A DNA stretch of 64,000 nucleotides from NCBI GenBank assembly GCA_965113315.1, contig OZ220372.1. One strand, 5' to 3'. Shown here piece by piece: positions 1 through 12,502 of this stretch (the first letter of the stretch is position 1; each line of letters opens with the position of its first letter). The position numbers were made by a program, and so were the translations under genes. The notes beneath the pieces are model-generated. The model searched no databases. It was not told the origin of the DNA and worked only from the letters and a program-made list of their open reading frames with translations. This DNA is from Podarcis vaucheri. Lineage: Eukaryota.

Positions 1-737
1 TAACAAAAAAGTGTCTTTTATACAACACAGTTACAAAATCAATTACAAAGTAAGCAAAACATTTAAAACAATATTGCTGTCTTTAACATTTAGTGGTGTG
101 ACTAGAGTATCAGATGTTATTTTGCTTGTATAAATTGCTACTTCAAACCAAAATTTTCAGCTGTAAATTGAGAAAACGATGATATGCTGTATGACCCTGA
201 AATCACTTGACATTGGCAAGGTTTTTTTACAAAAATAATCCAAAATTAAATCAAAGCTTCAAGAAAGCAATAGAAAAATAATGAGGAACTGATTATCATT
301 GAGTAATTGCTCCCTTTTTAATTGATTTACAAATTTCCTTAAATTATACAGAGGGTCAGCATACCAGATCTTTTTTTCCTGCTGCCAGACCGATCATCAT
401 CTAGACACAGACTCCTTGTCTCTCAGGTATATGTTTTCTTGTCTGGATTGTTCAAATAATCATGAATGAAAAGTAGTCGTGTAAACAGAAGATCCAGATA
501 ATCATGTGAATGAATATTGAAATCACAGAGTAAGAACTTCACAGCTTTCTGCTAACAACCCTGCAGTTAAGAACAGAACCATTGTAATGAAGTACCTCCA
601 ACTCTCAACTTCACAAGTTGTTCTATAAGAACATCATGGTCAATGATGCCAAAAGCTGCTGAGAGGTCAAGACCTGGTGCCCAACCCAGGTCTGAAAACA
701 GACAGGAATGGATCTATACAATTCTGCTTCCTCCAGG

Positions 738-1277
738 CAGTGGCGTAGTGAAGGGGGCAGGGGGGCATGGCTCTGGGTGCAAATTACTGATGGGGTGCAA
801 CCAGGTACCACCATGACAGGCTCCCTCATCAAGGCCAGAGCTGTGGGGAAGCAAGTTGTACTTTGGCTGGGTCTTTGGGGCTGGGACAGTGGTGCGGTGG
901 CCCCTCCTTCTCCTCATGGCCAGCAAAGGGACGCCTGCTTGTGCCCTGACCCTGGGCCAGCCGAAAGGGAGGGAGCAGCCATCATCACCACCCACCAATG
1001 AGGGAGGGAGGAAGAGGAAGGCAAGAAAATACTGCCAGAGCCACATGCATTGCCCAGAGTGCCTCACTGCAAGGACAGCAGAACAAGGCCACATAGCAAC
1101 ACTCTTGGCTCAACACTTCTCTGCCTTATCTCTGCTCCCAGACTGGGGATAGTTTGCAAGGAGAGACTCCCTTGATTAGAAGCTGGCTGGCAAAGGGACT
1201 GACTGCTGCCCAGTCCACTGGGGGGGGGTGCAACACGTGCCCTGCCCCGGGTGCCAGCAACCCACGCTAAGCCCCTG
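738..1277. mobile_element. Non-autonomous hAT (Tip100-like) element, degraded
   Basis: Ends are CAGTGGCGTAG ... CTAAGCCCCTG (imperfect TIR). Flanks CCTCCAGG / CCTCCAAA match at 6 of 8 positions as a TSD. The interior is GC-rich. Confidence 0.6.
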
Positions 1278-3956
1278 CCTCCAAAGACTGGCCACTATCC
1301 TCTCCTATTGGAAAGGAATATTAGAGACTGGACAGTAATTTTCTGAAACTTATTGATTCATGAGGGACCTGTTCAAGAGGGCCCACACCACTGTCTCTTT
1401 CAAGCCAGTGGGCATAACTCTCTCCTATAATGAGGCATTGATCACTTCCTGACTTCTTAGTAGATTTAATCAGCCATGATGGCCAGAGATCAAGAGGCCA
1501 CATTTGCTGGCCTAAGAGTCAGACGGTGTGGATAGGACGCTTGTGGCAGCAACGACTACTCCAGAAACATCTAAAGGACCTGAATGAATGGTGACACCAA
1601 GTTCAGTATAGATTCAAGTGATTTTTCCCTATTACTATGGTATTTTCACGTGTGGTTCTTTGAAGACTTAGATGGCACCCATTTAAGGGTAGAAATGAAA
1701 AACAGAGAGTTGCAGGTGCAGCATCCTTAGTATTGCCCTACTTTTTATGGGTGCTCATAGGACACTCTTGCTGAGTCCTTATGGTCCCGTAGTCCTTTAT
1801 GACTGGAAGACAGAAATTGGTTACAGAGCTGTGTGGGAAAGGAAGGAGTGCAAGAGGGAATGGGTAAGAGGATGGAGAGGCAGTGAGTCGTGCATAGCAG
1901 AACAGAGGGTGGGCATTATTCATAAATAATTATTTGCAAGGCTGCTTATTAATGTGCACAAATACTTTCAAATTTGTTTGGAAGGTTTTCCAAATATTGT
2001 ACCAACATTTAGGCTGTGATCTTAAGTGTACCGACTGAAACATAAAAGTATAAAAATCAGGATGCCCACCATAAAAGCGCAAATAAAGGAAAGGTAAAAA
2101 GGCATTCTATTTTGTACTCAAATTATATCAGACTATTCCAAACAAGTACAGGTAAACAAAGAGCTGAATTTAATTCCACTAACAGTAAAAATGACTATGT
2201 TAATCTGTTAGTGCTTCACATAAGCAAATGTTTTATCTTGTTATTCTAACAAAGCAAAGCAAGATGTTCAGAACTTAATCCGGAAATGGAGCAAAAATTA
2301 ACAGCAGATGAAATTTAAATGCAATGTTCATGAAAATCTGTGTTACATTAAAAATTGCTTTTCTCAAGTTAACCTTTCAACAAGCATGACAAAATTGGGA
2401 GAATGAATGGGTCGTTGGCTCATTTCAGACCACAGCAACAGTAGTTGGGTTTCATTAGTATACATTAGGTAATATGCAGGCCTGCAATTAACAGTTATTA
2501 TTAATTACAGGGTAACACAAGATGGTGGTGGTAGTGGGGACAAGAAACAATTCAACCTTGTTACTAGTCAAACTCCAGATATGCCTATCAGAGCACTCGT
2601 TGCACAAGGAAGCTGGAGAAAATAAGGAATGCCATGTCTGGTTGAAGAAGCCGTGGGAAATATCTCATGGTGTCTTCATTAAAGGAATGTGGCAACAACA
2701 TTCTAGCTATCATGACCAGTTTCAGGGAGTCATTTATAACCCATCCTCTTAAAACACTAGTGGAAATGGCACAGAAAGCCGGCAAATATGTCCCCTGGCA
2801 CCAATCAAATTCATTTTGATAAATTACATATTCTCCTACAAAGGAGCTGTGATATAGGTTTCCCATTGGTCCCTGCTACTCTTGTAGATTGTAGCATACT
2901 TTCACTACCATTTCACTTGAGAAAATGGTTCTTGTCTCACATTTTGCTCCAGCAGTTGGTCCCACATACTTCAAGAACTGATCCTAAAGATGCCAGCCCA
3001 GTGGACGATGCTCAGCTGAGCCCCTGACAAATGCTCATGTCTATGCTCAGAAACCAAACTGCTATTAACAGGCTACATGACAGTACTGTAATAGACTATA
3101 ACTCATTGGAGTGATAAGCTGACTTCCTCCTGCTTTCTTCACTTCCAGGGCACCTGCAGCAGCCCCATGGGGCCTGATGTATCTCGTGTAACCCCAAACA
3201 ACCTTCTCAGTGCCTGAACCATACCTTCCCCTACTCTGTATCCTGCTAAAGAAGACCCAACACAAATGAAATAGGGGCCAAACACTTGTGGCAGTACCTG
3301 CTACTTTAACAGGATCCTCACAAAGTGTGGCGGTAGAAACTCACTAGCATCTACCAACAGAAGCCCAGAAAACACGGCCATGCCCTGGAAGCCCTCCTAC
3401 AAGGCAGTAAAAGAGTAATTGCTCCCTGTCTGCACAGCACACAAACCTACCTCCTTCCCCTCCTTGCATTTATTAATTATCCTAAACCTTCCCTTCCCTT
3501 CGCTTCCCTTCCCAAATGAGACACTTCAACACTCACAGCTCTGCCCAAGTAACTCAGATGACATCTCTGAACTAGATAATTCATTTTACTCAACCAAATA
3601 AAGGTCAATGTAAAAGCAACTCTGAACAGGCCCATTTTACTCTGTAAAGCACAAACAGCTGGTAGTACCAATATTATAAATCTCAGTATGTTAGGGGATT
3701 GTTACTTGCCATACATAGGGCTTTCCTGGAACAGCCTCCTAACACCATAGATCTACAGAACATGCCCTGAAGGCTTTGCATGGAAAAATTGTTGTTGCCA
3801 ACCACTTCCATATTGCCTTGCTGCTATTCCTGACCCTTTGAAAAACACACATTTTGGCAAAAACAACTTTTCCAGCAGCCAAATAGGTTTCATCCACTGT
3901 GAAATAAGTAACTCCCAGAAAGCCTGAAAGTTGCTGGTAGAGAAGGCACTAATTTA

Positions 3957-4359
3957 TAGGGATGAACACATCTATCCATTTTGGTTTCTCTCAGTTTATA
4001 AATTTTCCATGCTTATATTCTGCACATTTCCACATAAATCTGCAATTTCAGAAAAATTCCTCATGCAAAATAATCAGCATTTTACATATTTCTGTATGCA
4101 TTTTTTGCCTAAAACACACATTTTTGCAAAAGCTGTTTTCCATAATGGGATGCATTTCTGTATGCTATTAATAGTCACCCTTTACATTGGGATATGCCTT
4201 TTGTACACTTTACTCAGCTGGAGAACTGCGTCACAAAATCCGGAGAAGTACAAATTTCAAAGGATGGCTGGGTTCCAATTCATTTGTTGTTTTGAAAAGT
4301 GCAAATTAGGTAAGTTCAAAATTAAATGTAAACTAAATCCAATTTATTCCCTGTCCCTA
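3957..4359. mobile_element. Old non-autonomous hAT-like element
   Basis: Ends are TAGGGATG ... TGTCCCTA with an AT-rich interior that accounts for spurious ORF 3931-4416. The TSD is decayed. Confidence 0.45.
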
Positions 4360-5870
4360 CTAGTGGATGGTGCCAAAGTCAGTAAAGTAGCATCTCCAAG
4401 GCAGTCTAAGTCTTGAGGCACTGATCTCAGGTCTTTCTGTTTTTCTCCATTGCCAATGGCTGGAATTGGCTGACTTGCAATCTCAACAGAGCACCTATTA
4501 TCTCAGAAACTGCTTTGGTTTGGACACAAACCGTACCAGTTGCATAACTTCTCCAGAACTGGAGGACAGAAAGTTCAGAACCTGCACAACTCACTGGATG
4601 CCACATCAGAAAAGTAAAAGAGGCTTTGGAGAAATTATTTATTTATCTCACCTACACACGTATATATAATTTAATAGAAGGAAAACTCACTCTGATTTTT
4701 TATTTCTGCCTATTCTTAAGTTTCCATCAAAAGATTGCTGTTTCATCCCCCCCCCCATTTTTTAGGAACAAAACACCACAATGGGTCTCTTCAGATTTCA
4801 GGTGAATTCTTCAAACTGTTACTATAAGTTATTTTGAATAGCTACTTAAGAGACATCTAGTGTGGTCCTGTTTATTCACAACTTTATCCCACAAGAATTC
4901 CAATGTTTTGCTACCTAAAATGTGGTGATTTAAGTTTATGCAGCTACAGATCTTAATTTCATAAAGTAGAGTGTGGTTATTAACTCAAGTCTTTCATTTT
5001 AAGAAAACTGATATAGCAAAGGAAATTCAAAAGTCACCAAGTGTCTGGAACTGTGAGAACGTAAGATATTCTGTTTAGATTATAGTAGCAAAATAAAATG
5101 CACAGAAAAGATCTATTTACACAATTATGAAATACTAACGTGCATATGATGCAATATCCACTATTATCTCTGACGCTGCTCTACCATGCATTTCATATTA
5201 AAAATGCAACTTGTTTCATTCTCATATGTTGATTTTTTAAACACCAAAAAGAGGGAACCATGCCATATAAAAATTGCTTTTCTCTTTTCGTTGGTCACCT
5301 GCCAATTTTTCTACATACAATGTTATGCACACCCCTTTAAAGCAGGTTGTTGAAATATTGGTCCCTTTTTGCCTCTAATATTCTGCCAGAGAACACCTGG
5401 CTTCTACTTAATGGGCACCATAAAATGAATTAAAACTAGCATTTGGATTTATTCCACCACACAAGAACAGTATTTAAATAAAGCTTTCTTTTAAAATAGC
5501 TTGCAAATTCTGCACATGTAAATCCCAATGAAACAGTGAACTCACTTATGGATAAAAAATCAGATGGAACCAGTCAGTAAATAAGGAACATACTGAAATT
5601 AGTTTCACATGACTGTTATTAGTAACTGAAATCATACCACAGAAAGGCCTACACTTTAAAATGTGGTTCTCCGGTGTAGCATTTTTACACTAACATATAG
5701 TTCTCCTACAAATTGTCTGGAAAATGTTTCCAAAATATATTAGAGCAGAAGATAAACAAAAATCAAATTTGTTCAACTTGGTTTCTGACATAAGATGAGC
5801 ATATCCAAATAATCAGAAATCATAATAGCAACCTTCCTCTGAATCATTAGCTTAATAAAATATGATTATA

Positions 5871-6085
5871 CAGTGGTACCTCAGGTTACAGACGCTTCAG
5901 GTTACAGACTCTGCTAACCCAGAAAAAGTACCTTGGATTAAGAACTTTGCTTCAGGATGACAACAGAAATTGCACGGCGGCAGCGGGAGGCCCCATTAGC
6001 TAAAGTGGTATCTCAGGTTAAGAACAATTTCAGGTTAAAAACGGACCTCCAGAATGAATTAAGTTCTTAACCCGAGGTACCACTG
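5871..6085 (+). mobile_element. Tc1/mariner-pogo (Tigger-like) MITE, family A, copy 1 (orientation arbitrary)
   Basis: TIRs CAGTGGTACCTCAGGTTA / TAACCCGAGGTACCACTG with TA on both sides. There are four copies in the window. Confidence 0.92.
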
Positions 6086-7107
6086 TATATATGTTTATAA
6101 AAGGTATGGTAATGATCCACTACAGAGATAAGAGTGCTTAAGCCCACCAAAAACAACATATCTGAGTTCACAAAATTGTGGCATAATTATCTTATTAGGT
6201 TTTTTTGCATACTCAAACCTCATAGTAGTCACATTCCGATGAGCAGGAAAGAGTTAAAACTGAGATTTTCACAATTTCAGTCTTTAACGAAACCTTAGCA
6301 TTGTGAGGTTTGGTGTAAAATGGTGGGTCAGTAACTGCATTTCCCCAGGACACCTGACATCCTTAATATAGACTTCAGGTGCCCTGCAAACTACACACCA
6401 AGGGGTTACATATCTCAAGACCTTCAGTGCCTTGGGATGTTCCTACAGCAGAATTTCAGGAAGCAAAGAGGTAAGCAAGGAGAAAAAGAAGACACATCCC
6501 TCCCTCTCTGCCATAGCCATGTAAGAAGGGAGGCGGAAGGAAAGCATTTCTCGCTTAAATTGCCAGAGAATAACTATCAGGGAAATGGTGTCTTGTTCAG
6601 AAGTCAACACACCAAGTTTGTATCCAGAATCAAGTAATTATAAGTTTTCGGAGGCATCAATAATCAAAAAGGCCATCAATGACATTTTGTAAACTAATTT
6701 TAGTTGTTAAACAAAAGCCCCATCATATTCACAGTCCATGGAACCACCCATAGCTCCACATTCCTTAAAAAATGTTTTGGAATTGGGTTTCCCTAATGAA
6801 AGCCATTCTTTCATGGGGGTTTCAAATGGAGGGGAGGAGACAACAACCCAGGGCTAGTGAAAACTTTGGGGTGACTTGCAAGAACATGTGAATGGGCAAT
6901 TAGGAAATAGCAGTATATAATCAATCAAAATTATCATGTCAAGAATTATACTGCTGTAGTGGAAATTATACTGCTGTTGTGGAAAGAGCAACTTCTTTCA
7001 CCAAATAATATATCACACATGCATGAAGATTGCTTTATTTCTACATAATGGTCCTCTTTGGAGGTCCTGCTCTAGGTGCCCTCACTGAATGAATGAACTG
7101 AATGAAT

Positions 7108-7420
7108 CAAATATATAAAAGGATGTCACATAGAGGAGGGAGAAAGGTTGTTTTCTGCTGCTCCAGAGAAGCGGACACGGAGCAATGGATCCAAACTACA
7201 AGAAATAAGATTCCACCTAAACATTAGGAAGAGCTTCCTGACAGTAAGAGCTGTTCGACAGTGGAATTTGCTGCGAAGGAGTGTGGTGGAGTCTCCTTCT
7301 TTGGAGGTCTTTAAGCAGAGGCTTGACAGCCATATGTCAGGAGTGCTCTGATGGCGTTTCCTGCTTGGCAGGGGGTTGGACTCGATGGCCCTTGTGGTCT
7401 CTTCCAACTCTATGATTCTA
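7108..7420 (+). mobile_element. CR1 LINE 3' fragment (ORF2 C-terminus and 3' UTR)
   Basis: Encodes ...FSAAPEKRTRSNGSKLQEIRFHLNIRKSFLTVRAVRQWNLL...SPSLEVFKQRLDSHMSGVL*, followed by the CR1 tail CTTCCAACTCTATGATTCTA. Confidence 0.92.
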
Positions 7421-7762
7421 ACTATCAGGCAGATGACCATTTCAGCAGTAGCATCCCGGTTATGGAACAGTCTTCCTGGGGAGGCTCACCTGGGTCCGTA
7501 TTTGTAGCTTTTCCCGCATCAGGTGAAAATGTTTCTGTTTACCCAGGCCTTTGGTATTTCTTAAAGCCATTGGTGGTTTAAAAATCTGTGTTTTTAATCC
7601 TTGGGGTCTTGTGTTTTTGCTGTGTTTATGTAGGTTTTTTAATGCTTCAATTCTATCCCATATTTACATTGGGGTGATGATTAAGATTGGTGGTTGCTGT
7701 AAGCCACCCTGAGAACGCTGTGTTATGGGGCAGGATACAAACGCTGAAAATAACAAATAAAT
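7421..7762 (+). mobile_element. Degraded L2-type LINE 3' end, interrupted upstream by the CR1 copy
   Basis: Contains an L2-like ...gcatcccggttatggaacagtcttcc... segment, a T-rich UTR and the terminal tgtaagccaccctgag...ggggcaggatacaaa...aataaa. Confidence 0.6.
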
Positions 7763-8702
7763 ATAGATGGAAATAGGAAAAATTATATGAATGTATAATC
7801 TTCCTTACTGAAATGTGGTGTACTAGATAGGAGGGGGCGTTCCCTGACTCCCAGGAAAACAAATGCTCCAAAATTGCCACCCGCCTGTTGGGTCCCTGGC
7901 TCTTTGGAGGGCACCCTTGGAATATTTAAGAAAGCATTTTATGTAAGCCACTCACTTTCACAGTGGAATGTGATATAGATCGAGTAAATTCTACACATAT
8001 TCTAAACCACAGATTAAAATCCTTGAAACTTTGTGAGCAGTTTGGGCAAAGCATTATTTCTTAACCTATCTACCTGACAGGGTGGTGTGACAATAAAATA
8101 AGATCCCATTACAAGGCCCTTTGAGACCTTTGGATAGGATAGGGAAAAAATCATTAACACACCGTTACTTTTTCTTAGACCACATACAAAAAGCCAGAAG
8201 CATTATAGTGTATCAGTACAGATCCACACATTTCAAGTAAAATTATTCAGCACATTGAGTATCATGGATCCTGTTCACCAAAGCACATAAGCATGTGATA
8301 AATTTTTCAAAAAGAAATACTCCATTATATATTTGGTAAGGCATTTGAGTTTAATCCTATTAAAGTCTTTGGGATCAGAGATCATACATATGCTTAAGGT
8401 AAGCACTTTATTCAATCAGGACTCCTTCAGGGTTGATTTAGACGAGTATCTTTTCCCAATTTCTCAATGATTTATAGAGTCACCAGACACTGGGACCCCA
8501 ATTTAATAAGGTTGGCTGAAGGCATCAGGCAAACAGCAGCCACCACAGATGGGATAACTTACAAACACCTAGCTTACTGACAGCGCAGTTGTTGAGCACT
8601 GAGTCTAGGTCCATGGGGGTCCCACCATGCAACAAGCTGCACTATAAGGAAGAAACTGTTGTCTGACGACAACCTAGTGCAGAGAGTTCTAACTATGATT
8701 TA

Positions 8703-8928
8703 CAGTGGTACCTCGGGTTAAGTACTTAATTCGTTCCAGAGGTCTGTTCTTAACCTGAAACTTTTCTTAACCTGAGGTACCACTTTAGCTAATGGGGCCT
8801 CCCACTGCCGCTGTGCCACCGCCGCACGATTTCTGTTCTCATCCTGAAGCAAAGTTCTTAGCCCGAGGTACTATTTCTGGGTTAGCGGAGTCTGTAACCT
8901 GAAGCCTCTGTAACCCGAAGTACCACTC
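8703..8928 (-). mobile_element. Tigger-like MITE family A, copy 2 (inverted relative to copy 1)
   Basis: TA-CAGTGGTACCTCGGGTTA ... TAACCCGAAGTACCACTC-TA. The interior is the reverse complement of copy 1. Confidence 0.92.
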
Positions 8929-9920
8929 TACATGTATTCCCTCTGGTGTCCCAGGAAATGACCTGTATATCAGGGGAGGTGATCTATGGCAATAAAAAAA
9001 TCTCAAAAAAATATAAATGTTGCCAGGTGTTGTTTTGGACCTGTACTATTTGTTTCTGAGTTGAATTTACATTCACAGCTCAGATCTTCTACTGCTTCTT
9101 AAAAAGGGAGGACACCTCCATGACTGCATTCAAGGTCAGCTTGTTCAGGTTCTACAAAGAAAGCATTTCTCTGTATGAAAAGTTTCGTCATTTTTGACAA
9201 CCGTACACAGATCTGTATCATTGCCTGTACATGCAGCTTAGGCAAAGTGGGAAACTGCAAGCCATTGTTGTCGCCCAGGATATATACATGAAATGGAATA
9301 CATGGAGAAACATCTAGTATGACCATCAGTCCCATCAGAATAAATGAGACTTTTGCATACCTAGTGTTTGTGACCACAATGACAGCTCATACATCAGATG
9401 GTAACTCACTCACAGCACAATCTGACTTTGCTTCTGTAATACGAATTAAAGGGTCCCCTTCTGCAAAGTATAAAGCGGAAACCACATTTTGGAAGATATA
9501 CTCATTCTCACAATTAGTAAACAATTTGTTTCATGCATATATCTAAAATTTTCTGGCTTTCAGAAAGGTGTGAAAAGCTTTGGAGGGAATTGCTGATATT
9601 AAAATGTCATTTGATTTGCAAGAGATGTGCTATCCCCCCCCTTTTCTTCCCCAGTTAATTTGCACTCCCTCCCCCCTGGAGCGGAAGCAAACTTGTTGGG
9701 GAACAAAACCAACAAAAATTATTAAGCTGGCCTGAAAGATCAGGATTAGAAGAGACCACTGAAACCTGATGTCAGTGTCAGAAACAAGTGAATCGGTTTT
9801 CCTTCTAAATTATTTTGTCAACAGCATGGTGGTATCCTTGCTAACCTTATTTGGCACCAGTGAATAATTAGATACACAGGGGTGTGACTCCAATTGAAGG
9901 TGTTGGCACTGTAGCACTCT

Positions 9921-10124
9921 NNNNNNNNNNNNNNNNNNNNNNNNNNNNNNNNNNNNNNNNNNNNNNNNNNNNNNNNNNNNNNNNNNNNNNNNNNNNNNNN
10001 NNNNNNNNNNNNNNNNNNNNNNNNNNNNNNNNNNNNNNNNNNNNNNNNNNNNNNNNNNNNNNNNNNNNNNNNNNNNNNNNNNNNNNNNNNNNNNNNNNNN
10101 NNNNNNNNNNNNNNNNNNNNNNNN
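9921..10124. other. N block, 204 nt
   Basis: Counted directly. Confidence 0.99.
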
Positions 10125-11454
10125 CATAATAAGGGGAACTGACTGCTTTATAGCTATGCAGCTGCAACTTTGCTTAAAATCAAAACAATCCTCACAATTT
10201 TAGGATGATTTCGTAAAGGTATCCAGGAGACTCCTCAAAAATCACTTTGTTGAGTACGGATTAGAAAGGTGGTAGGAAGGAACACCTCTCACATCCTTTA
10301 TGTAGTATTGACCCATAAATTAATATTTATTAATTTTAAAAATAAAAACTTAACACCTCATATTTTACTAACTTTCAATGCAATAGTGGCTTGTCCAGTT
10401 ATTCAAGACACAAGGTCCACTAACATAAATATGAGCATTCACTGCAGGACGTGGATATTGTAAAACTGAGGTGGAGTTCAAATATGAAAACAAAGATAAG
10501 ATACACATAGCGGGGTAAGGGTGAACCATAGTATACCTCTAGAAGAAAACATACTTTAGAATATAAATTTCCCTACAGTATTCAGTTCCTTTATAACATT
10601 TCCTACTTTGACATCTGAGAAATGTAATAAACTAGGCAATTTGGCCACTGAATTGTGGGGCAGAGTGGCACACCATATCAGTTAATTTTCAGCCTTTTGC
10701 TTAAAACTCTCAATATTTGAGTCCAGCGAACGCAGACACCAGTCTTTTTGAGACACACAGATATTTCCCACAAAGCAATGTATTGTGTGCTGGTAGTATA
10801 TACTCTGGATAGGATTGCGTTTGCTGTTCATTTGCTTCTGGAGATGACGTATCAGAAATAAAGCAATATGAAAAGGCAGAAGTACTATATCTCTGTGTAA
10901 GGCAACAGAGTCTGAATAAAGTTCTACCCCTGAACTCCAAAACGGGCAGATGGGCTCTTATCTGTGACTTGCCTTTTATTTATTTATTTTTTTAGTTCTT
11001 TCTGGTGACGTTCCACACTTGTTAATATAACACTATGAACAGCCAGAGACAAGACATAATAATAACCATTACTCACCAAGACCATAATGCACAAGACCCT
11101 AAAGCTTCTCTAGCAGAGCATGTTGACACATGCTTTAGTGTAGGACCAAAGTCCGCACACAAGCTGGAGCACATGGCGAGGATCATGGCTCTAGTGGACC
11201 CACAACTGCAAACTCAGGCTTCCTACATGGGGCCAAGAAGCATTCTGGGGGGAAAAGATGGCAGCCAACTATGGCCGTTTTGCCCAGCACTTGTCCTTGA
11301 GGCACCAAACTGTCCCCCACTGCCCATTGGTGTTATTTGCTGCAGGGTTGCCAGCTGGTAAGTCCTGGGATGGGGTGGGGTGGCGGCACTGCAGGGCCAG
11401 AGCTCCCAGCCTGACTCCAAGCCTGCTGTAGTGAGGGCCCCCTGACAACTTACA

Positions 11455-11810
11455 AGCATTCTATTACAACCCTTAAGCCATTAGAGATAGTCTAGCTAAA
11501 GCTCTCTGACCCTGTTTTCCCCTCCTGTCATAAATTTAAAGAAAAGGGCCAAATCCACTCTGAAGGACACTGTGTTCTTAGCAGTGAAAACTTTCAGTGT
11601 TCTCATAACGTCAAGGGAATGTCCGACCCTCTCTTGATGATTACTAGATTTAGGACAAAACAAAGCAAAATCAATTCTTGAGCTCTGTGAAAAACAGAAT
11701 TAACCTTGGGTTTGAAACCTGCATCTCTGCGGAATACAACTTTGTCTTTATGGAACACACACAAATTAGATTGCATAGACAATGCCCCAAACTCAAACAC
11801 TTCTGGCCTA
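11455..11810 (-). mobile_element. DIRS-type retrotransposon tyrosine recombinase fragment (pseudogenised)
   Basis: The minus strand reads ARSVFEFGALSMQSNLCVFHKDKVVFRRDAGFKPKVNSVFHRAQELIL and, after a frameshift, ...HSLDVMRTLKVF...ALF...TIS. This resembles the vertebrate DIRS YR consensus ARRVSELxAL...FHxDKVVLR...F.PKV.S.FH..QEI.LP...HxLDVRRAL. Confidence 0.8.
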
Positions 11811-11850
11811 TTTTATAGTTCCTAAAAGGGAACGTTAAGGTACAGAAAGA

Positions 11851-12050
11851 GAGGCAGTGTGGTGTGATTGTTACAATGCTGGGCTAGAAAGGTGGGGGTG
11901 GGGTAGGGCACAGGCCAGTTCAAATTTACACTAAGCCATGGAGCTTACTGGGTAATTACCACACACAGGCTCACTTTCTATGCCTTAGAGCCAGTTATTA
12001 TCACACAGCCAAACCTACCTGACAGCATTGATGTATGGATGAAATGAGGT
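11851..12050 (+). mobile_element. Degraded tRNA-derived squamate SINE (Squam3-like)
   Basis: A-box-like cagtgtggtgtgattgtta, B-box-like agttcaaat, then gccatggagcttactgggt and cagccaaacctacctgacag. Confidence 0.6.
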
Positions 12051-12422
12051 GGGAGGTCTTCGGTTAAAAGGAATACTGAAAATAAATAAATAATGATACC
12101 CAAACAATAGTGGTTGAAAGGATGGTGTGGCAAAAGTCTTTGGTAGCAGACTTGGAGATAAAGGCGCCATCTTCTGAAGCACCTTGAGGGGGGCCAACAA
12201 GATGTCACATGGCATTCTGACATTGCTCCATTCCTGGTTCTAACAATGGGGGTAGACCTCTAAAAAAATTGCGGCGGCCCAGAGTGCCGTGGCTCCCTAG
12301 AGTGGGTGCCTATGCTTGGAGAACAATCATAAGACTGAAGTCTTAAATTAAAGGTGAGGATTCTGAATCACCATCAGTGGCCAAAGTGGCCCTGATGAAA
12401 CAACAGATTTGGGGAGGTATGG

Positions 12423-12425
<3 letters not shown>

Positions 12426-12501
<76 letters not shown>

Positions 12502-12502
12502 A
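12426..12502. repeat. Compound (TC)n(CA)n microsatellite
   Basis: Seen directly. Confidence 0.98.

Noticed and set aside
6944-6983. 20-bp tandem duplication AATTATACTGCTGT(A/T)GTGGA
   Set aside because: An ordinary local duplication with no further structure.
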